Below, in pieces: positions 59,520-64,000 of a stretch of 64,000 nt of DNA. Source of the DNA: Candidatus Latescibacterota bacterium (GTDB lineage Bacteria > Latescibacterota > UBA2968 > UBA8231). Each line of letters starts with the position of its first letter. Position 1 is the stretch's first letter. The translations under genes were made by a program, and so were the position numbers. The stretch covers positions 3,008,001-3,072,000 of the forward strand of contig OZ241362.1 of the NCBI GenBank assembly GCA_965200315.1. Direction: 5' to 3'. The notes below the pieces were generated by a model that saw only the letters and a list, made by a program, of their open reading frames with translations, was not told the origin of the DNA and made no database searches.

Positions 59520-62040
59520 CGAGAAAATTCGCCTCTCGATACCCGACCTCTCGCTGGTAGTGCTAGTCGGCGTCTCTAGCGCGGGCAAATCGACCTTTGC
59601 CCGAGAGCATTTCCTCCCGACCGAAGTGCTGTCCGCCGACTTCTTTCGCGGAGTGGTCGCAGACGACGAAAACAGCCTAGAGGCCACGGACGATGCGTTC
59701 GCCGCTCTGTACTTTGTTGCTGCCCGCCGCTTGGCGCGGGGCCTTTTGACCGTGGTCGATGCGACCAACGTCCAGCCCGAGGCGCGCAAGCCGCTGGTGG
59801 AGCTGGCCAAGCGCTACCATGCCCAGCCGGTGGCCATTGTCTTCGACCTGCCCCGGGCACTCTGCGAGGAGCGTGCAGCCGGGCGCACCGACCGCGACTT
59901 GCCCCCCCACGTAATCCCCCGGCAACACCGCCAGCTACGCCGCGGCCTCAAGGGCCTCAAGCGCGAGGGCTTTCGCCGCTCCTTTGCGCTGCGCTCGCCC
60001 GCGGACGTGGCGCGGGTTGAAGTGGTGCGGGAGAAGCTGTGGCCGGACCGCCGCGAGGAGCGCGGTCCGTTTGACATCATCGGCGATGTACACGGATGTT
60101 GCGCCGAACTCGAAGCCCTGCTCGTCCAGCTAGGGTATCGCATCGCAGGAGAAAAGGTGAAGCTGCCGCCGGGGCGCAAGGCCGTCTTCGTCGGCGACTT
60201 AGTGGACCGCGGCCCCAATGCCCCCGGCGTCCTCGCGCTGGTCATGCGCATGGTGGAGTCGGGCGCGGCCCTGTGCGTACCGGGCAATCACGACGTGCGC
60301 TTGGTCCGAGCCTTGCAGGGCCGGAAGGTCCAACGCACACACGGCTTGGCAGAGACGCTAACCCAACTCGCCGGCGAGACCGCGGAGTTCAACAAAAAAG
60401 TCGAAACCTTCCTCGGTGGCCTAGTCAGCCACTATGTCCTCGACGGGGGTGCGCTGGTGGTAGCACACGCTGGCATGAAGGAGGAGATGGCCGGCCGCGC
60501 CTCCGGGGTTGTGCGGGCGTTTGCCCTGTACGGGGACGTGACGGGCGAGAAAGACGAGTTTGGCTTGCCGGTGCGCCGCGATTGGGCGGCCGAGTATCGG
60601 GGCCGCGCCCGCGTCGTCTATGGCCACACGCCGGTGGCGCAGCCCGAGTGGGTCAACAATGCGATCAACATCGACACTGGCTGCGTGTTTGGCGGTGCGC
60701 TGACGGCACTGCGCTATCCCGAGCTGGAACTCGTATCCGTCCCGGCCAAGGCCCAGTACGCCGATCCGGTCCGCCCCTTGGCGGTGCAACAGGTGCGCGC
60801 CGATGTGCTCGACTTGGCGGATGTGGCCGGGGGGCGGCGCGTGGAGACGCGGTTGATGGGCCGAGTTTTCATTCACGTGCGGAGCGGGCGGCCGCGGCCT
60901 TGGAGGTGATGAGTCGCTTTGCCGTTGATCCCCGGTGGTTGGTCTATCTGCCGCCGACCATGGCCCCGCCCCAAACCAGCACCCGCCCGGACCTGCTCGA
61001 ACACCCGGACGAGGTCTTGGCGTACTATCGCCGCTGCGGTGTGCGCGAGTTGGTCTGCGAGGAAAAGCAGATGGGCTCGCGGGCCGTGCTCATCGTCTGC
61101 CGCAACCCGGAGACAGCGCAGCGGCACTTTGGAATAGAGGACGGCAGCACAGGGATTTGCTACACGCGCACGGGCCGCCGCTTCTTTGCGGATGCAGGTT
61201 TGGAAGCGGGGGTTTTGGATCACGTGCGCCGGGCCTTTGAGCGCAGCGAGCTGTGGAGTGCGCTGGCGACGGAGTGGGCGATACTCGACGCCGAGATCAT
61301 GCCTTGGTCGGCCAAGGCACAGCAGCTACTTGAAGACCAGTACGCCGCGGTGGGTGCGGCCGCGCGGGTGTCGCTGGCAGCGTCCATGGATGCGCTGGAG
61401 CAGGCGGCCGCGCGGGGCGTGGCCGTAGGCGAGCTGTTGAGCCCGTTGCCGCGGCCGGGCCGAATCTGTGGTACGCTACTCAGCAGCTTATCGCCCCTAT
61501 TGCTGGCCGGTGCTCTCGCTCAAGGAGCTCAAGGTGGCTCCCTTTCACCTCTTGGCCACGGAGGGGCAGGTTCACGTCAACCAGACCCACGCTTGGCACT
61601 TGGAGACCTTGGACCAGCTCTGCGCGGCTGGGCCGGAGTTGCTGTGTGCAATAGATCGCCGGCGGGTGGTTTTAGACGATAAACAGGGGTGCGCCGAGCT
61701 GGTCCGGTGGTGGGAGGAGTTGACCGCCAGCGGCGGCGAAGGCTTAGTCGCCAAGCCGTTGGACTTCGTCTGCACAGACGGACGCAGACTCATCCAGCCA
61801 GCACTCAAGTGCCGGGGGCGCGAGTACCTGCGGCTGATCTACGGGCCTGAGTACACAGAGTGCCTAGAGCTTTTGCGCGGCCGCAACCTCAAGGGCAAGC
61901 AGGCGTTGGCTCTGCGGGAGTTCGCGCTGGGGGTGGAGGGCTTGGAGCGGTTTGTCGCCAGACAGCCCTTGCACCGGGTACACGAATGCGTCTTCGGGGT
62001 CTTGGCGTTGGAAAGCGAGCCGGTTGACCCTCGGTTTTAG
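59512..62040 (+). pseudogene. pnkp: Polynucleotide kinase-phosphatase-ligase Pnkp with two frameshifts (about 60879 and 61440)
   Basis: Kinase GVSSAGKST; phosphatase GDVHG/GDLVDRG/GNHD; ligase EEKQMGSR, EGLVAKP, KCRGREYLR, ESEPVDPR spread across three ORFs. Confidence 0.9.
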
Positions 62041-62114
62041 AAATAGGCTGCTTGCGCTGCCTCCCACTGTCTCGGTATTATCAAACATGTAGTACACCCA
62101 AACGGAGGACAGAC

Positions 62115-62684
62115 ATGATTACCATTACCGAAGCAGCAGAAAAGAAAATTGCCAACCTAGTCGCCGAGAGCAAAAAGCCCGTCAAGGGCCTGCGCATCGG
62201 GGCCCGCCTCGACCCCGCCAAGCAGGTTGACTACAAGCTGGCATTCATGTCCGACCAGCAGGTAGGCGGCGACGATCAGGTCGTCCGCTTTGAGGGTTTT
62301 GACGTGTACATGGATCCCGAAAGTGCCGATCTGTTGGCCGAAGCCAAGGTGGATTACGTCGATGGGCTTATGGGCTCGGGCTTCAAGATCGAGCGTCCGC
62401 GCAAGATGTCCGCACACCTGAGCGGCCCGGTGGCCGAGGCCGTCCACCGCGTCATCGAAACCCAAATCAACCCAGGCGTGGCCTCGCACGGTGGCGTGGT
62501 GACCCTAGTAGATATCAAAGGCAACACGGTCTTCGTGCAGATGGGCGGGGGCTGTCAGGGCTGTGGCCAAGCGGATGTGACGCTCAAACAGGGCATCATT
62601 CGCATGATCAAGGAAGCGGTGCCCGAGGTGGAAGAAGTGGTTGATGCGACGGATCACGCCGCAGGAGAAACCCCTTATTATTAG
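62115..62684 (+). CDS. nfuA: Fe/S biogenesis protein NfuA
   Basis: N-terminal A-type-like domain; INPGVASHGG, GGGCQGC, D.TDH..G..PYY. Confidence 0.88.
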   Translation: MITITEAAEKKIANLVAESKKPVKGLRIGARLDPAKQVDYKLAFMSDQQVGGDDQVVRFEGFDVYMDPESADLLAEAKVDYVDGLMGSGFKIERPRKMSAHLSGPVAEAVHRVIETQINPGVASHGGVVTLVDIKGNTVFVQMGGGCQGCGQADVTLKQGIIRMIKEAVPEVEEVVDATDHAAGETPYY

Positions 62685-62763
62685 TGGCCAGTGATCTGTG
62701 GCCAGCCCCAACCCCACACCGCGGGGGACTGGCCACCGGCCACGAACCACTGCTGGAGGTTAT

Positions 62764-63567
62764 ATGACAACGGCGTTGCCGCTGGTAGCGCGGCCCGATT
62801 TAGCGGGCTATGTGCAGGCGATGAAGGAAGACGGGTACGCCTATTTTCCCGAGGTGCTCAACGAGCAGGAGATCGCTGAGTTGCGCCAAGCCATGGACGA
62901 GCTGATCGCGCTGGAGGAAAGCTACGATCGCCACTCCGACCCAGCCGCGCACGGCTTTCTCAACAAGAGCATCAACAACGCCTTCAACCGTGCGCCGATC
63001 TTCGCCCAATACTTGGACCGACCCGAAATCATCGACCTAGTCGAGGCGATACACGGCGACGATTGCCACTGCATCGGCATGACGGCTTGGATGACCGGCC
63101 CGGGCCGCCCGGATCAAACCCTGCACGCCGACTGGCAGCCGCTGACCCTGCCGGAAGAGGTCATGGACCACCCAGAGGTAGAGATTCCGATCTTTATCAC
63201 CACGGCCCATTACTACCTCGACGCCCTGACCGAGGAGCTGGGGCCGACTCGCTTCGTGCCGGGCAGCCACCGCGCAGGTCGGCGGCCCCGCGCGGGCGAG
63301 ACCCGCTTTAAGGGCGTTGAGGAGCAGAGCATCTTGTGCAAGGCCGGCGACTGCGTGCTGTTCCGCTGCGAGGTCTGGCACCGGGGCACGGCCAATAGGA
63401 GCGATCAGACGCGCTATTTGCTCCAAGTACACTACGCCCAGCGCATTATCACCCAGAAGTACCCACCCTATCTGAACAAATTCCAATTCGATGCGGCCCT
63501 GTTGGCGCAGGCCACGCCGCGGCAGCGGCGGCTTTTGGGCGACCACGTGCCGAGCAATTACGACTAA
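62764..63567 (+). CDS. PhyH family dioxygenase
   Basis: LHADW, GPTRFVPGSH, EVWHRG. Confidence 0.88.
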   Translation: MTTALPLVARPDLAGYVQAMKEDGYAYFPEVLNEQEIAELRQAMDELIALEESYDRHSDPAAHGFLNKSINNAFNRAPIFAQYLDRPEIIDLVEAIHGDDCHCIGMTAWMTGPGRPDQTLHADWQPLTLPEEVMDHPEVEIPIFITTAHYYLDALTEELGPTRFVPGSHRAGRRPRAGETRFKGVEEQSILCKAGDCVLFRCEVWHRGTANRSDQTRYLLQVHYAQRIITQKYPPYLNKFQFDAALLAQATPRQRRLLGDHVPSNYD

Positions 63568-63620
63568 AAGCCATCTCATATACCCGGATTACGCTCCCAT
63601 TGATGGATGAATAACGCGCT

Positions 63621-63992
63621 ATGGCTAATTCCCCGATATCCGTCCTACTCTTTGAGGACAATCCCATTCACGCTCGCCTGTTGCAGAACTTGCTGAAACC
63701 GGAATTTGCCGTGGAAGCGGTCGATAACTTGGCGGCCGGCTTGGCGCGGTTAGAAGCCGGTGGCATCGACGCAATCCTCCTCGACCTCGTGCTGCCCGAC
63801 AGCCAAGAGTTAGCCACCTTCGAGCGCGTCAAAGCAACCGTCCCGAATATCCCCGTGCTGGTCCTGACGGGCCTCGATGACGAAGTACTCGCCGCAGAGG
63901 CCGTAGCGGCCGGTGCCCGCGATTACCTAGTCAAAACGCAGATCGATGGCGAGCGCTTGGCCCGGTCTATCCGGGCGGCCGTAGCGGGTTAG
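63621..63992 (+). CDS. Response regulator receiver protein (single domain)
   Basis: VLLFEDN, ILLDL.LPD, LTG, GARDYLVK. Confidence 0.9.
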   Translation: MANSPISVLLFEDNPIHARLLQNLLKPEFAVEAVDNLAAGLARLEAGGIDAILLDLVLPDSQELATFERVKATVPNIPVLVLTGLDDEVLAAEAVAAGARDYLVKTQIDGERLARSIRAAVAG

Positions 63993-64000
63993 CGATGGGG

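Noticed and set aside
60096-61682. 528-aa ORF as an independent gene
   Set aside because: Only about 60880-61440 is real Pnkp sequence; the rest is off-frame

Overview
GC-rich bacterial window whose gene content resembles Latescibacterota/Gemmatimonadota-type, possibly host-associated lineages (inference from four PhyH dioxygenases, ankyrin, FG-GAP and C-terminal sorting-domain proteins). It begins with the 5' half of a type III-B CRISPR effector operon (cmr1-cmr2/cas10-cmr3, running off the left edge; no array in the window). Metabolic and secreted-protein genes follow, including a PQQ dehydrogenase-ankyrin fusion, fabV and a LolA-like/ABC exporter operon. There are two visibly lower-GC accessory blocks. 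The first (33.6-38.9 kb) is a C5 DNA methyltransferase + GHKL-ATPase/histidine kinase + receiver protein + unknown gene. The second (42.8-53.4 kb) is an island bounded by a perfect 66-bp direct repeat that duplicates the 3' end of a cyclase gene. It carries a tightly packed 7-gene operon: three dynamin-like GTPases, a probable pseudo-GTPase with an acidic repeat, a 2-TM coiled-coil protein and two small unknown proteins. This operon is the best candidate for an undescribed system. The window ends with a Hen1-Pnkp RNA repair pair (pnkp doubly frameshifted) and nfuA. Several small repeat families are present: 24-bp in-frame palindromic insertions in genes, TATAGC-ended MITE-like stacks, and an ACTGACGTTA-ended element with a 5-bp flanking direct repeat.
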